This document shows, in pieces, positions 8,720 through 17,931 of a stretch of DNA of 31,462 bases. The stretch is from a virus (lineage: Duplodnaviria > Heunggongvirae > Uroviricota > Caudoviricetes): IMG/VR virus record IMGVR_UViG_3300029415_000135. One strand, given 5' to 3'. A model generated the notes under the pieces. That model saw only the letters and a program-made list of their open reading frames with translations. It made no database searches and had not been told where the DNA came from. Position 1 is the first letter of the stretch. Every line of letters begins with the position of its first letter. The position numbers and the translations under genes are program-made.

Positions 8720-10026
8720 GCTGCCCTTACAATGTAGTTAAACGCGATATTTCTTGGACGGTTTTCAGATGCAGTTACAACTCCAGGAGCAGCACTGGCA
8801 TCGAAGTCTATACCTTCAGCAATTTTGTCAGTGGCTGAAGTGTTTGTGACATAAGCACTTTGAACTCTTGATGCTACTTTAAGAGCACCAGCAGCGAAAG
8901 TAATCAAAGCACTGCTCGATCCAGGTCTGATATTAAATCCTCCAGTTATATTTCTTATTGCATCCCCTTGAGATGATAACAAATCTCGACCAGCATCCAC
9001 CCCGCGCCCATCATCCCAGCCGCGAATGAATTCACCGCGTAAATCAGGCAATTTATTTGTTGGATAAGCCTTTGCCAGTTCCGGGTATTCTTCTGCAGAA
9101 AAAGGCGCACCGTTGCATTTCAGCCAGCCTGTTGGCGGTGTGGCTGAAGGCCATGGAACAGGCACACCAACGGGCAGTGCAGAGCCTTCCCCCAAACCAA
9201 GGTATGCGAGAAGACCGGCAACATCCTTTCCACTCAAATGAGTCAGCGTCTCATCCAGTGGCTGCTTACCTGACAGCGCATTGTTAATGGTGGTACTGAA
9301 TTTCGGGTCATTGTTAATGGCTGCGGCAATTTCTTTCAGTGTGTCCAGCGTGGCTGGCGCACCGTTAATCAGAGCGGTAATAGCGGCCTGTACAAACGCA
9401 GTGGTCGCAATCCGCGTGGTGTTATTTCCTGCGGCAGGCGTCGGCGCTTTTGGTTCTCCGGTAAATGTCGGATTATGTTTCTGTGCATACTGGGTATGAG
9501 GATCCTGTGCGGCAATGTGGTTTCTCATCTGGTCATCCACATACAGCCTTAATTCCAGGACTTCATCATCCACGTATTTACGGGTCGCCAGTACCACCGA
9601 CGGGTCGATTTTCAGCGTAATAGCTTCGGTATTCGTGACAACCAGAATCATGCGGATAGTCTGGGTACGACCACTGCCTTCCTGCAACTGCGGTTTGTAC
9701 GTTTCCGGGCAGTTCGCCACCGCAATGAGTACGCCTTCATCATCATAAAGCCCAATCTCACGGATCCAGAATCCGCCCTCGTTCTCAGGGATGATTTGCT
9801 CCGCAATAATCTGGCTCTGGTTATTCGGGTCAACACTCAGAAGATTCAGCGGTGCAATGCGTTTCTGGTTAATCAGTTTTGTCTGTGCCGGGTCTGGTGT
9901 CGGCAAGACACCATTCGCATCACCAACGGCCATTTGCGTCAGATTCAGCTTACTGCCGAGCATCGTCGCGTTAGCCAGCCGTGCTGCGCCCTGATTAGTC
10001 AGAATGGCGTAGTATTTCACTGTCAT
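8716..10026 (-). CDS. H: tail fibre protein (gpH-like; constant N-terminal part plus invertible C-terminal part), 436 aa
   Basis: N-terminus (MTVKYYAILTNQGAARLANA…) matches recalled P2 H; the C-terminal part has a tail-collar-like motif (PTGWLKCNGAPFSAEEYPEL); the recombination site is embedded at codons LLAYLGLGE. Confidence 0.88.
   Translation of the reverse strand: MTVKYYAILTNQGAARLANATMLGSKLNLTQMAVGDANGVLPTPDPAQTKLINQKRIAPLNLLSVDPNNQSQIIAEQIIPENEGGFWIREIGLYDDEGVLIAVANCPETYKPQLQEGSGRTQTIRMILVVTNTEAITLKIDPSVVLATRKYVDDEVLELRLYVDDQMRNHIAAQDPHTQYAQKHNPTFTGEPKAPTPAAGNNTTRIATTAFVQAAITALINGAPATLDTLKEIAAAINNDPKFSTTINNALSGKQPLDETLTHLSGKDVAGLLAYLGLGEGSALPVGVPVPWPSATPPTGWLKCNGAPFSAEEYPELAKAYPTNKLPDLRGEFIRGWDDGRGVDAGRDLLSSQGDAIRNITGGFNIRPGSSSALITFAAGALKVASRVQSAYVTNTSATDKIAEGIDFDASAAPGVVTASENRPRNIAFNYIVRAA
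9187..9212 (-). repeat. 26-bp hix/gix-like recombination site inside the tail-fibre gene H (inverted copy)
   Basis: Minus strand reads TTCTCGCATACCTTGGTTTGGGGGAA. Both sites encode ...GLGE... in frame (H codons LLAYLGLGE; alternative segment IFINVGLGE), so inversion makes an in-frame fusion. Confidence 0.75.
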
Positions 10027-10634
10027 GCGTTTACTCTCAGGTTATCAATTAAATGAATGACCGAGGCCGGGAAATAATCCCCTCCGACAATAATGGCCTC
10101 CGGGGTGTAGGGATAAACCGTCAGGGCGTCGCCGTGATAGCATCCCGCACCGGCAAAAATGTTGCCGGTTGTACTTAAACTGATAGCCAGTCCCGTCAAA
10201 TGGCGGCTTGCAGGTTTTGCATCAGCAACGAGACGCTCCAGCTCCTGATACATTTCCTCGGTAATACCCTGCTCAAGCACGCCAACAACGATGCGGAACG
10301 TCCCCGGCTCCTCGTTGAGCTGCCACCACTCCCTCACCTCAATCAGATAGCCGAGCGGCTCCACCACACGGCGAATCGCACCAATAGTGCCCTTATGGCA
10401 GTGAATGAAATACGCATCGCGGATAACAGCGCGTTTGGTCGCTTCCGGCCATTTATCATCCCACCTGTCGACCGAAAATGACCACGCCAGCCACGGCAGC
10501 AGATTTGCCGGGCAGGTGTCCGGGTTCCACAGCTCACGAACACTGACCGGCGTTTTTTCAATTTCCGCACAGGCTTTTGCGGCGGCAACTTCAAGCGGTG
10601 ATGAGCCGGTCGGCAGCAGTCGCGAATCACTCAT
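10023..10634 (-). CDS. I: baseplate/tail protein I (gpI), 203 aa
   Basis: Synteny between J and H; N-terminus recalls P2 gpI; stop overlaps H start (ATGA). Confidence 0.8.
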   Translation of the reverse strand: MSDSRLLPTGSSPLEVAAAKACAEIEKTPVSVRELWNPDTCPANLLPWLAWSFSVDRWDDKWPEATKRAVIRDAYFIHCHKGTIGAIRRVVEPLGYLIEVREWWQLNEEPGTFRIVVGVLEQGITEEMYQELERLVADAKPASRHLTGLAISLSTTGNIFAGAGCYHGDALTVYPYTPEAIIVGGDYFPASVIHLIDNLRVNA

Positions 10635-11535
10635 CCGAGCCTCCGGTCACGACGCGGTATTCGGTACAGAAAGACGCCTGCGTGCTGTTAAGCACGATAT
10701 CGGCCAGCGGTGCAGCCAGTTCGACACGCTGCACGCCTTCCACATGCAAAGCGGCATAAATGGCAGACAGACGGATGTCACGCCCCAGCCGGTGCTGTGC
10801 CGTGATATACGCTTCCAGTTTTTTCACGGCAGCAGCGCGGATGGGTTCGCTTTCGGGACCAGGGTAAAGGTAAAGCGTGGCGTTTATCTGGTATTCAACG
10901 ATGGCGGCAGACTGCACGGTCACGCGGTCGGCCACCGGCCTGACATCCTCGCCATTAAGGGCGTTACGTACCACAGCCAGCAGGTCTTCGGATGCCACAC
11001 CGTTATTCTCACGTGACAGCACAGAGATGGTGACGCAGGCCGGAGACGGACTGGTGACAGAGATATCCGCGACACGCCCGTCAGCACTGCGACCATGATA
11101 CTGATAGGCTCCCACCGACCCGGCGACGCTTAAGCCCTCAAACGCCTGCTGAATACGCAGACGATAATCGGTGTCAGACTCCATCACTGCCGGTGTCGGC
11201 GGGATAGTCGAATCATCTGCCGGGGTGATAATCAGGCGCGTGGTGTTGTAATTGGCACCAATCACATCAAGGTCATTACCGGCGGCACAGGCCAGCATCA
11301 CCGCCCGTGCGGCCTCATTCACACGCTGACGCCAGATAAGCTCACGATAAGCATTTTCCTCCAGAAGTTTGACGAGAGGCTCGGATTCCAGCGTCAGGGT
11401 ACGGGCGACCGCCTCCTGCTGGTCTTCCGGGTAAAGGGAAATCAGTGTCGCCTTGCGTTCGGCAAGAATGGTTTCAAAGTCCAGCTCCTCGACCACATCC
11501 GGTGCGGGTAGCTGGTTCAGGTCGATAATCGGCAT
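10627..11535 (-). CDS. J: baseplate assembly protein J (gpJ), 302 aa
   Basis: 302 aa, same size and position as P2 J. Confidence 0.88.
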   Translation of the reverse strand: MPIIDLNQLPAPDVVEELDFETILAERKATLISLYPEDQQEAVARTLTLESEPLVKLLEENAYRELIWRQRVNEAARAVMLACAAGNDLDVIGANYNTTRLIITPADDSTIPPTPAVMESDTDYRLRIQQAFEGLSVAGSVGAYQYHGRSADGRVADISVTSPSPACVTISVLSRENNGVASEDLLAVVRNALNGEDVRPVADRVTVQSAAIVEYQINATLYLYPGPESEPIRAAAVKKLEAYITAQHRLGRDIRLSAIYAALHVEGVQRVELAAPLADIVLNSTQASFCTEYRVVTGGSDE

Positions 11536-11539
11536 GGTT

Positions 11540-11887
11540 TCAACTCACAGGGATGGTTAACGAAAGTGGCTGGCCGGTGTCGTTGTGCAGGCCGGTTAAC
11601 GTGACCGTCATTCGCCCGTCAAAACTGCGCGCCGTAGTGACGGATGACAGGGTGACGCGGGGTTCCCATTTCAGCACTGCCATGTAACAGGCGACTTTAA
11701 TCTGCAACTCAAGCGCCGGGGTCTGCGGCTGGTCAATCATTGACGCCAGCAACGAGCCGTAATCACGACGCATCACCCGTGAGCCGACCGGTGTGCGCAG
11801 GATATCGCCGATACTCTGGCTGATATGCTCAAGGTCAGTGACAGTCAGGCCATCACTGCGATTCATTCCGAGATAACGCGCTGTCAT
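11540..11887 (-). CDS. W: baseplate assembly protein W (gpW), 115 aa
   Basis: 115 aa, same size and position as P2 W. Confidence 0.88.
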   Translation of the reverse strand: MTARYLGMNRSDGLTVTDLEHISQSIGDILRTPVGSRVMRRDYGSLLASMIDQPQTPALELQIKVACYMAVLKWEPRVTLSSVTTARSFDGRMTVTLTGLHNDTGQPLSLTIPVS

Positions 11888-12519
11888 AGAGGTCCCCCTG
11901 TTGTGCCGCCACTGTCGCCGGGGTGTTTATGGGTATGCAGTACCTTACCGTTTGATGAGAGTTCACCGCCGGTGTGTTCAATGTTGCCGCGCATCGTCCC
12001 GCCCTTCTGCACTTCCAGCGTGCCGGTAATCAGCCTGTTGGTGCAGACCACCTCCGGTGTGTCCAGGGTGACGCGGGTTGATGCTTTCACCATGACCACC
12101 GGCACCGTGGCAGTAACAGAATCAGAAGCCGTCACGCTGGCCGTTTTAATTCCGCTTACCGTGAGTGCACTGGTTTCGGGTTCATACTCAATCACCGCCC
12201 CGTCAGGGAAACGGATATGCAGGGCATCCGCCGACGCAGACGGCGGAGGGTTATCACCGGAATAAATCCCCGGCAGAACGAACGCCGTGTCGAGTTCACC
12301 GCCCACGGCCAGAATCAGCACCTGTTCCCCCACGGAAGGTGCCCACCATGTGCGCGAACGCCCGGCGCGATGGGTCAGCCACTGAAGCCAGTCGGTGCAC
12401 ATGCCGCCGGTCTGCACACGGCAGCGACCGGCGTTAAGGTCGGTTTCGACGATAATGCCGGTGCGGATCATGTTGCGCAGTGCGCGCGCGAGTTCCTGAA
12501 TATTTGCGAGAGTGTTCAT
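11884..12519 (-). CDS. V: baseplate spike protein V (gpV), 211 aa
   Basis: 211 aa, same size and position as P2 V; overlaps W by ATGA. Confidence 0.88.
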   Translation of the reverse strand: MNTLANIQELARALRNMIRTGIIVETDLNAGRCRVQTGGMCTDWLQWLTHRAGRSRTWWAPSVGEQVLILAVGGELDTAFVLPGIYSGDNPPPSASADALHIRFPDGAVIEYEPETSALTVSGIKTASVTASDSVTATVPVVMVKASTRVTLDTPEVVCTNRLITGTLEVQKGGTMRGNIEHTGGELSSNGKVLHTHKHPGDSGGTTGGPL

Positions 12520-12585
12520 AACGGGAAGGATGCCGCCGGGTCATACCGGCGGCAATGTGACGATGAGGTGTCGGGAATGGCACAA

Positions 12586-13038
12586 CTAACGGTCGAGGTG
12601 AGCCAGGATAATCTCTTCAATCATCTGCACATCCTCACCGGTAAAGCCGAGCAGAGGACGCGCCGGATAATCAATTTTCTTACCGTCTTTCCGGTTTTCT
12701 TCCGACAGACCGAACTGATGCACACTGGCGATTTTCGGTGACTTCCCGCCGTAAAATTCCATTGATGCCTGTTCCGGGCTGGCGCGGATATGCAAAAAAC
12801 GACTGGTGATAAGTTTCGCAAACATTTTTCGCTTAACGCGACCGGTCTTTTTTCTGGCGCTCTGCTGCTGGCGTGGCGCGTAGGGGGTGCCGTCCGGGGC
12901 TTTCTGTGCCATCACACGATGCTGCTGACTCTGCCGCAGACGTTTCGCCAGTTCGGCACTCAGTCGCCGACGCCCTGATGGTGACAGCGACTCAATCAGT
13001 CCGGTCAGCCGGTCTTCAAAACGCTTAAACTCATTCAT
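12586..13038 (-). CDS. S: tail completion protein S (gpS), 150 aa
   Basis: 150 aa, size and synteny as P2 S. Confidence 0.85.
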   Translation of the reverse strand: MNEFKRFEDRLTGLIESLSPSGRRRLSAELAKRLRQSQQHRVMAQKAPDGTPYAPRQQQSARKKTGRVKRKMFAKLITSRFLHIRASPEQASMEFYGGKSPKIASVHQFGLSEENRKDGKKIDYPARPLLGFTGEDVQMIEEIILAHLDR

Positions 13039-13498
13039 CCCACTTACTCACCAGTTCACCATTGATATAAAGCTCCATCGGGCGGGTGACCGGCTCCGGC
13101 GGCGGTGGTTCCGGGATATTCTTCACATGCAGCGCGCCGTCAACCTCACTGACCAGCGTGCGCTCGGTCAGCATCAGGCTGATGCTGATATCAAAGCTGC
13201 TGTCATTGTTGATGTCCGCATAAAACGTGAAGCCCTTTTTCTGGCCTTCGTCGGTGGTCATGATGTCGGGCTGATTTTCCCGCAGCCACGCCAGCACCGG
13301 CACGATGAGCAGGTCAAAATCACCGGTAAAGTCGGTCACAATCACATTGAGCGTGTAACGCTTTTCGAATGACAGCGACGTCGCCAGTGTGGAGGCAATA
13401 CTCCCGTTATCCACGAATATCCGCAGCATCTCTGGACTGGTTTTCAGCACCGTGACGGCATCAGTCAGCGCCCTGCGCAGGCTGTCGGGTTTGAGCAT
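13031..13498 (-). CDS. R: tail completion protein R (gpR), 155 aa
   Basis: 155 aa, size and synteny as P2 R. Confidence 0.85.
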   Translation of the reverse strand: MLKPDSLRRALTDAVTVLKTSPEMLRIFVDNGSIASTLATSLSFEKRYTLNVIVTDFTGDFDLLIVPVLAWLRENQPDIMTTDEGQKKGFTFYADINNDSSFDISISLMLTERTLVSEVDGALHVKNIPEPPPPEPVTRPMELYINGELVSKWDE

Positions 13499-13751
13499 CG
13501 TTTTCGTCCTGACAGTGTTTAATCATTTTTACCTGGCTGGCACAGCGTGCCAGCGCGTTCTCAAGCTGCCGGATATCGGCACTTAAATCGCCGTTCGTCT
13601 CCGGGTCACTGCCCGGCATCGGGCAAAGACTCACTTTCGGGCAGGCGTTGGCGACAATCACTGGCGTCAGTGCAGGCGGGGCGCTGGTGCAACCGGCGCA
13701 CAGCATCAGGCAGGTCAGCACCGTACCAGCGGCGAAAATCTTCGTTTTCAT
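13461..13751 (-). CDS. lysC: LysC, outer-membrane lipoprotein (Rz1-like o-spanin), 96 aa, embedded out of frame in lysB
   Basis: Internal Met of ORF 13461..13868 gives a 96-aa product MKTKIFAAGTVLTCLMLCAGC… with signal peptide and lipobox (LCAGC); overlaps the lysB 3' end and the R start as in P2. Confidence 0.8.
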   Translation of the reverse strand: MKTKIFAAGTVLTCLMLCAGCTSAPPALTPVIVANACPKVSLCPMPGSDPETNGDLSADIRQLENALARCASQVKMIKHCQDENDAQTRQPAQGAD

Positions 13752-14031
13752 TGAGTAATCTCGTGATGGTTTTCTCGCGCTGTGCTTCACGCTTCGCGGC
13801 GTTCTCCAGTTCCTGACGCAGAGCCACCTGCGCCAGCTCGTTTTTGTCTGCCCTGGTGATGGCAACATGAAGCTGATTTTTCAGCATGGTGATGGTCGTC
13901 TGCTGTTCACTGGCGACGTTGTTCGCCCTGTCCAGCAAGGCGCGCAGGCTGGCGTTTTCATGCTTCGCCAGAAACAGACCGGCCACCGCCAGTGATAACA
14001 ACACAACCAGCACAATCATCAGCTTTGACAT
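13606..14031 (-). CDS. lysB: LysB (Rz-like i-spanin), 141 aa
   Basis: 141 aa with N-terminal TM helix and coiled-coil body; size and position as P2 LysB. Confidence 0.85.
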   Translation of the reverse strand: MSKLMIVLVVLLSLAVAGLFLAKHENASLRALLDRANNVASEQQTTITMLKNQLHVAITRADKNELAQVALRQELENAAKREAQREKTITRLLNENEDFRRWYGADLPDAVRRLHQRPACTDASDCRQRLPESESLPDAGQ

Positions 14032-14444
14032 GGTTCCCGCCCCTCAAAACGCTGACGACAGGCCGTGCGTATCAACCGGAAGAACACCGACGCCACGAGG
14101 TAAATCAGCGCGGTAAAAATCCACCCGGCAGCGACCAGCGAGATAAACGTCGCCACCATCACCACCAGAGCCGCCGCCCGTCTGCGCCACGGCACCGGCT
14201 GCAAAAACAGCGACGCGACAATCTTCACGGCCAGCGATTCCGGCGGCAGCTCCCGCCCGTAGCGTTCCAGCACATACTCAGTGGCATACACGCCGACACC
14301 ACCGGCAACCACACAGATAACCGTCGCCAGAATCGCCCAGGTGGCGACAAAACTGACGGCCACGCTCTGCGGGTAAATCAGGGACAGTGCCGGCATCAGC
14401 GCCAGCGACACGTTCAGCATCAGTGAAAGGGATAATTTCTTCAT
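14019..14444 (-). CDS. lysA: LysA membrane protein (lysis timing), 141 aa
   Basis: 141-aa multi-TM protein, size and position as P2 LysA. Confidence 0.85.
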   Translation of the reverse strand: MKKLSLSLMLNVSLALMPALSLIYPQSVAVSFVATWAILATVICVVAGGVGVYATEYVLERYGRELPPESLAVKIVASLFLQPVPWRRRAAALVVMVATFISLVAAGWIFTALIYLVASVFFRLIRTACRQRFEGREPCQS

Positions 14445-14458
14445 GGTGTTTACTCCGT

Positions 14459-14956
14459 TTAAGCCGGTACGCCGCCAGCGGTACGCCAGACGGTGACCAG
14501 TTTTTCCAGTGAATGCTCACGCTGACCGTAACCGGCTCCCGGCAGGGACGCCCAGATATTGCGACAGCGTGAAATGGCGCGCTCAATGCGTCCCGCCCGG
14601 ATGTCATCCAGTGCACCGCGTTCGCGGATCAACTGAATGGCGAGTCTGTCCTGTGACAACGGACTGAAATCCGGCAGGGCAAGCTGTTTGCGGTAGTGCG
14701 GCCAGAACAGGTAAAGCTGCTGATAGCGACCGGAGGCCGTGGATTTTTCACCGCGACGGTTAAACACCTTCGCCGGTCGGCCATGCGCGAACGGGTGGTC
14801 ACTGTAGTCGGTGAAAATTTCCGGCTTCCCGTCCAGTCCGGTGACTATCACGTCATAGCCCCGGTTTTTCGTCAGCGGATGATTCGCCGTCCCTTCGGAC
14901 ACGGCCAGCATGTCGAGAAAGGCAGCGATATTCTGATGCGTGTTAATTACCGGCAT
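14459..14956 (-). CDS. K: endolysin (gpK lysozyme), 165 aa
   Basis: 165 aa; matches P2 gpK in size and position. Confidence 0.88.
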   Translation of the reverse strand: MPVINTHQNIAAFLDMLAVSEGTANHPLTKNRGYDVIVTGLDGKPEIFTDYSDHPFAHGRPAKVFNRRGEKSTASGRYQQLYLFWPHYRKQLALPDFSPLSQDRLAIQLIRERGALDDIRAGRIERAISRCRNIWASLPGAGYGQREHSLEKLVTVWRTAGGVPA

Positions 14957-15237
14957 TACGGTTTCCCCCTGCCCTTAAAACGGCGCTGAATGGCAATCTC
15001 AATCACCTGATAACCGGCGATACCCAGCATGGAGCCGATGCCGCACACCGCAGGCAGTGACAGGTCAGGGAACTGCACCAGAACAACACCGGCAACCATC
15101 GAGACAAAACCACCGAGCAACATGCGCCCGATAAACAGACGCGGGGTGATGGGTTCACCACCGGCAAGCACCTTGCCGACAACAATCAGCACTCCAATCA
15201 TAAAAAGCGACAGGACGCTTTTTTCTTCTGCTGTCAT
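14956..15237 (-). CDS. Y: holin (gpY), 93 aa
   Basis: 93-aa protein with TM helices, directly upstream of the endolysin; size as P2 Y. Confidence 0.85.
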   Translation of the reverse strand: MTAEEKSVLSLFMIGVLIVVGKVLAGGEPITPRLFIGRMLLGGFVSMVAGVVLVQFPDLSLPAVCGIGSMLGIAGYQVIEIAIQRRFKGRGKP

Positions 15238-15240
15238 GCG

Positions 15241-15444
15241 TTACTCCCACAGATTGACAGTTTCAGCCACGGGCGCGGTCTGAACGTCGGGCAGTTCGAC
15301 GGCGGTGCCGTGCGGCAGCACCGCGCCCAGTTCAGCCAGTCCCGGATTTGCGGCGAGCACGGTCTCAACCACGCCCTCAGTGCGCCCGTAATACCGGACA
15401 CAAATGGCGTCGAGCGTGTCGCCCTGTAGCGCAAAGGTCTTCAT
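15241..15444 (-). CDS. X: tail protein X (LysM-like, gpX), 67 aa
   Basis: Internal Met of ORF 15241..15513 gives the 67-aa MKTFALQGDTLDAICVRYYG… product; ATG overlaps the L stop (ATGA). Confidence 0.85.
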   Translation of the reverse strand: MKTFALQGDTLDAICVRYYGRTEGVVETVLAANPGLAELGAVLPHGTAVELPDVQTAPVAETVNLWE

Positions 15445-15953
15445 CAGATTTGACTCACGATGCAGCGCGGCTTGTCCTGGATACGCGCCACTGCCCAGCG
15501 CATATCCCGCCACAGCTCATCAATGGTGCTGTCAATGCTGTCGGCCTTCTTGTCGCCTTTCGCACTGGCATCCACACCGCGATAACGTTCATAAAGCGAC
15601 GCGGTCGCCATCGCACACACGGCGCGCTCGTAGTAAAAAACTTTGATGCTTTCACCGTCGATGTCGTCCGCCGGGACGTCCGCCAGACGCGTAAAACCGG
15701 CGGCAATTTTCTGTTCGCGGTACTCGTACAGCTCCGCATTCGTCTCCGCCATGCCTGACTTGATGGCCTCACGCAGACGGGCGGGGGCGACGGTCTGCTC
15801 AAGGCGCATACGTTCCCGGACGCGCTTCGGGTCGATATCGGGAAAAAAGAACGTGTTTTTAATCACCGGCTCGTCGCCTGCCGGTTGCGGGATGACCACC
15901 GTACCCTCACCGGACACGGGAGCCTCCTTTCGCGGAATAATCAGCGTCATCAT
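15444..15953 (-). CDS. L: head completion/stabilisation protein (gpL), 169 aa
   Basis: 169 aa from MMTLIIPRKEAP…; size and position as P2 L; the longer ORF-track version is an upstream extension. Confidence 0.85.
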   Translation of the reverse strand: MMTLIIPRKEAPVSGEGTVVIPQPAGDEPVIKNTFFFPDIDPKRVRERMRLEQTVAPARLREAIKSGMAETNAELYEYREQKIAAGFTRLADVPADDIDGESIKVFYYERAVCAMATASLYERYRGVDASAKGDKKADSIDSTIDELWRDMRWAVARIQDKPRCIVSQI

Positions 15954-16052
15954 GACTACCTCTGAAAAGTCGGGCGGTGGACGCCGGTGCAGTGTCAGGT
16001 GATTCACCGTCACTGACCGGCGTGCCGCCCTGGCGCGGGGCGCATTCGGTTG

Positions 16053-16796
16053 TTAACTGGCTTTCTTTTTCGGGCGTCCACGTTTTGCCGGTGTCACGCT
16101 CCGGATCTTACGCGGGGCGCGGGTGGCCGCTTTGGGCTGCGGCTCCGGCTTCGGTTTCAGCTCCTGCTCCAGTCGTTCAATCTCTTTTTTGACGCCTGCC
16201 TGACAGTCGAGCTGTGTCGCACGTTGCAGGTGAGCCAGCGCACCGGCGGCATCACCACCGTCACGCAGAAACAGACCGGTGATTTTGTGCAGCTTTGCGC
16301 GCACTTCATCAGGCATGTCAGCCGTGGCGGTCAGTTCAAGGGTCTCCGTCAGCAGGCGGGTATCCACAGACTCACCGGCAGCGTGGGCACGCATGGCCGC
16401 AAGCGCTACCTCCTCGGTGAACATGTACGGCGGGGTACGGCGGTGTTTACCCGGCATGGTCAGACCGTACTTCAGGGCATAACGGGCAATCTCCAGCGCA
16501 CCGGCAATATCGCCGGTATCCAGACGCCACAGCATGACCGTCATCAGAATGTCATCCTGTGCACCTTTGCCCTGCTCCAGCACGCCGTTCACCCACGGCA
16601 ACCAGAACGGCAGCAGTTCGCGTTTTTTCGCGGCCTTCAGCTCTTTTGAATAAATCGCTTTCAGTGTGCGCTGGTCTGCGGCGAGCTTAACCAGCATCTG
16701 CTCATAGACAGTTGCATGTCGCAGCGGGGCGGCTTCCCGCTGCGCGGTCATCGCTGCCGAGACCCGCATCATGTGGCGCTGTGCGGGACTCGTCAT
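16053..16796 (-). CDS. M: terminase endonuclease (small) subunit (gpM), 247 aa
   Basis: 247 aa, size and synteny as P2 M. Confidence 0.88.
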   Translation of the reverse strand: MTSPAQRHMMRVSAAMTAQREAAPLRHATVYEQMLVKLAADQRTLKAIYSKELKAAKKRELLPFWLPWVNGVLEQGKGAQDDILMTVMLWRLDTGDIAGALEIARYALKYGLTMPGKHRRTPPYMFTEEVALAAMRAHAAGESVDTRLLTETLELTATADMPDEVRAKLHKITGLFLRDGGDAAGALAHLQRATQLDCQAGVKKEIERLEQELKPKPEPQPKAATRAPRKIRSVTPAKRGRPKKKAS

Positions 16797-16799
16797 CGG

Positions 16800-17873
16800 T
16801 TACGCTCCCGGCTCTGCGGTCGCTTTAGCCAGTGTGGAGAAATCACCGACCTTAATTTTTTCCACCAGACAACCGGCGGCGTAGTCTTCCACCACGTAAT
16901 CAATGTTCATTGACTCGTAGTTCTCCACGCGGTCGAGTTTCGGGTTTTCCTCAATCACGCGGCGATGGCTGTCATCCATGTAGTAGATGGACAGGTTTTC
17001 CAGCTTTGTGATGAGCATCGCATCCGCCGGGAAGTACGGGACGCGTACCGCCGGCAGGTTACCGATGCGTTTCTGGCTGATGATGACGTCAGCGGCCAGC
17101 ATTTCGCTGTTGTCCTGCTCCTTGTTGACGATGGGAAAATACTTGTCCGCCAGTAGCTGACGTCCCACAATCACCACAAGGTCAGGGTCTTCCTGATACC
17201 ACGGCTCAATCAGGTTGTTGGTCGCATCCATCACCAGTGCGTCAAGGCTGGCATAATCACCGCCCTTACCCACGCGGATAACCTCAGAGGTGGTGTGCCC
17301 TTCCTCGTCAGTGACCTTGCTCATCACGCGCGCCGGGGCTTCATTGCGGTATTTCTGCAGCCAGCCGACCGCCACATCCTGCAGCATCGGATTGCTGCTG
17401 CGGTCAGAGGTTTCGGCACGCCTCACGCCGTTAAAACCGGCCATGATTAAATCAAGGGACTGGCGTTTGATAATGGCGTTACGGACACGGAGCTGGAAAT
17501 CCTGATAACGCGCCCACAGGTCCAGCGTTTTGTAGCGGATATAAAAATCGAAGTTAATCTGGTCGCATTCGTACTTGTTTGACGCCAGCTTCGAGAAGTC
17601 CTTCGGCTGACGCTCGGTGCCACCGGCGGTGTCGGTGGTGCTGGCGATGGAGCCGGTGACACCGATGCCAATTTTTTCCCCTTTCATTTCGCTGACCGGC
17701 ACAATGTTGATGCGGGTCAGAAAGTCAGAGGACTCCTGCATGGTGTTCATCAGGGTCTGGGTGACCGACGGTTCAACGGTGAATTTTTTCGACACATCAC
17801 CGGCGTCGATGCCGTTCAGTTCGGCAACACGGGACAGGTAGGCATTAAATTTAAAGCGGGTTTCCTGGCGCAT
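16800..17873 (-). CDS. N: major capsid protein (gpN), 357 aa
   Basis: 357 aa, size and synteny as P2 N. Confidence 0.9.
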   Translation of the reverse strand: MRQETRFKFNAYLSRVAELNGIDAGDVSKKFTVEPSVTQTLMNTMQESSDFLTRINIVPVSEMKGEKIGIGVTGSIASTTDTAGGTERQPKDFSKLASNKYECDQINFDFYIRYKTLDLWARYQDFQLRVRNAIIKRQSLDLIMAGFNGVRRAETSDRSSNPMLQDVAVGWLQKYRNEAPARVMSKVTDEEGHTTSEVIRVGKGGDYASLDALVMDATNNLIEPWYQEDPDLVVIVGRQLLADKYFPIVNKEQDNSEMLAADVIISQKRIGNLPAVRVPYFPADAMLITKLENLSIYYMDDSHRRVIEENPKLDRVENYESMNIDYVVEDYAAGCLVEKIKVGDFSTLAKATAEPGA

Positions 17874-17931
17874 AGTTTTTCCTGAAATTAAGGGTTAATC
17901 GTGAAGGTTTTCCCGGACTGACTGACGCCGG

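Larger units (their letters stand above)
7312..9212. other. invertible DNA segment, tail-fibre host-range switch (Mu G-segment / P1 C-segment type)
   Basis: Bounded by the two inverted 26-bp sites. Contains the expressed H variable 3' part plus tfa on the minus strand and a promoterless alternative H 3' part plus second tfa on the plus strand; invertase gene immediately outside. Confidence 0.75.

Noticed and set aside
12569-12584. TGT-N10-ACA dyad upstream of V as the Ogr-dependent PV element
   Set aside because: Spacing is 10 rather than the 12 nt I recall for P2 late promoters, and it lies too close to the V start codon for a site centred near -55; not called.
15348-16649. Several 100-200-aa ORFs antisense to or out of frame within L and M
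   Set aside because: Arg/Cys/His-rich translations fully embedded in genes with exact P2 size matches; no independent support.
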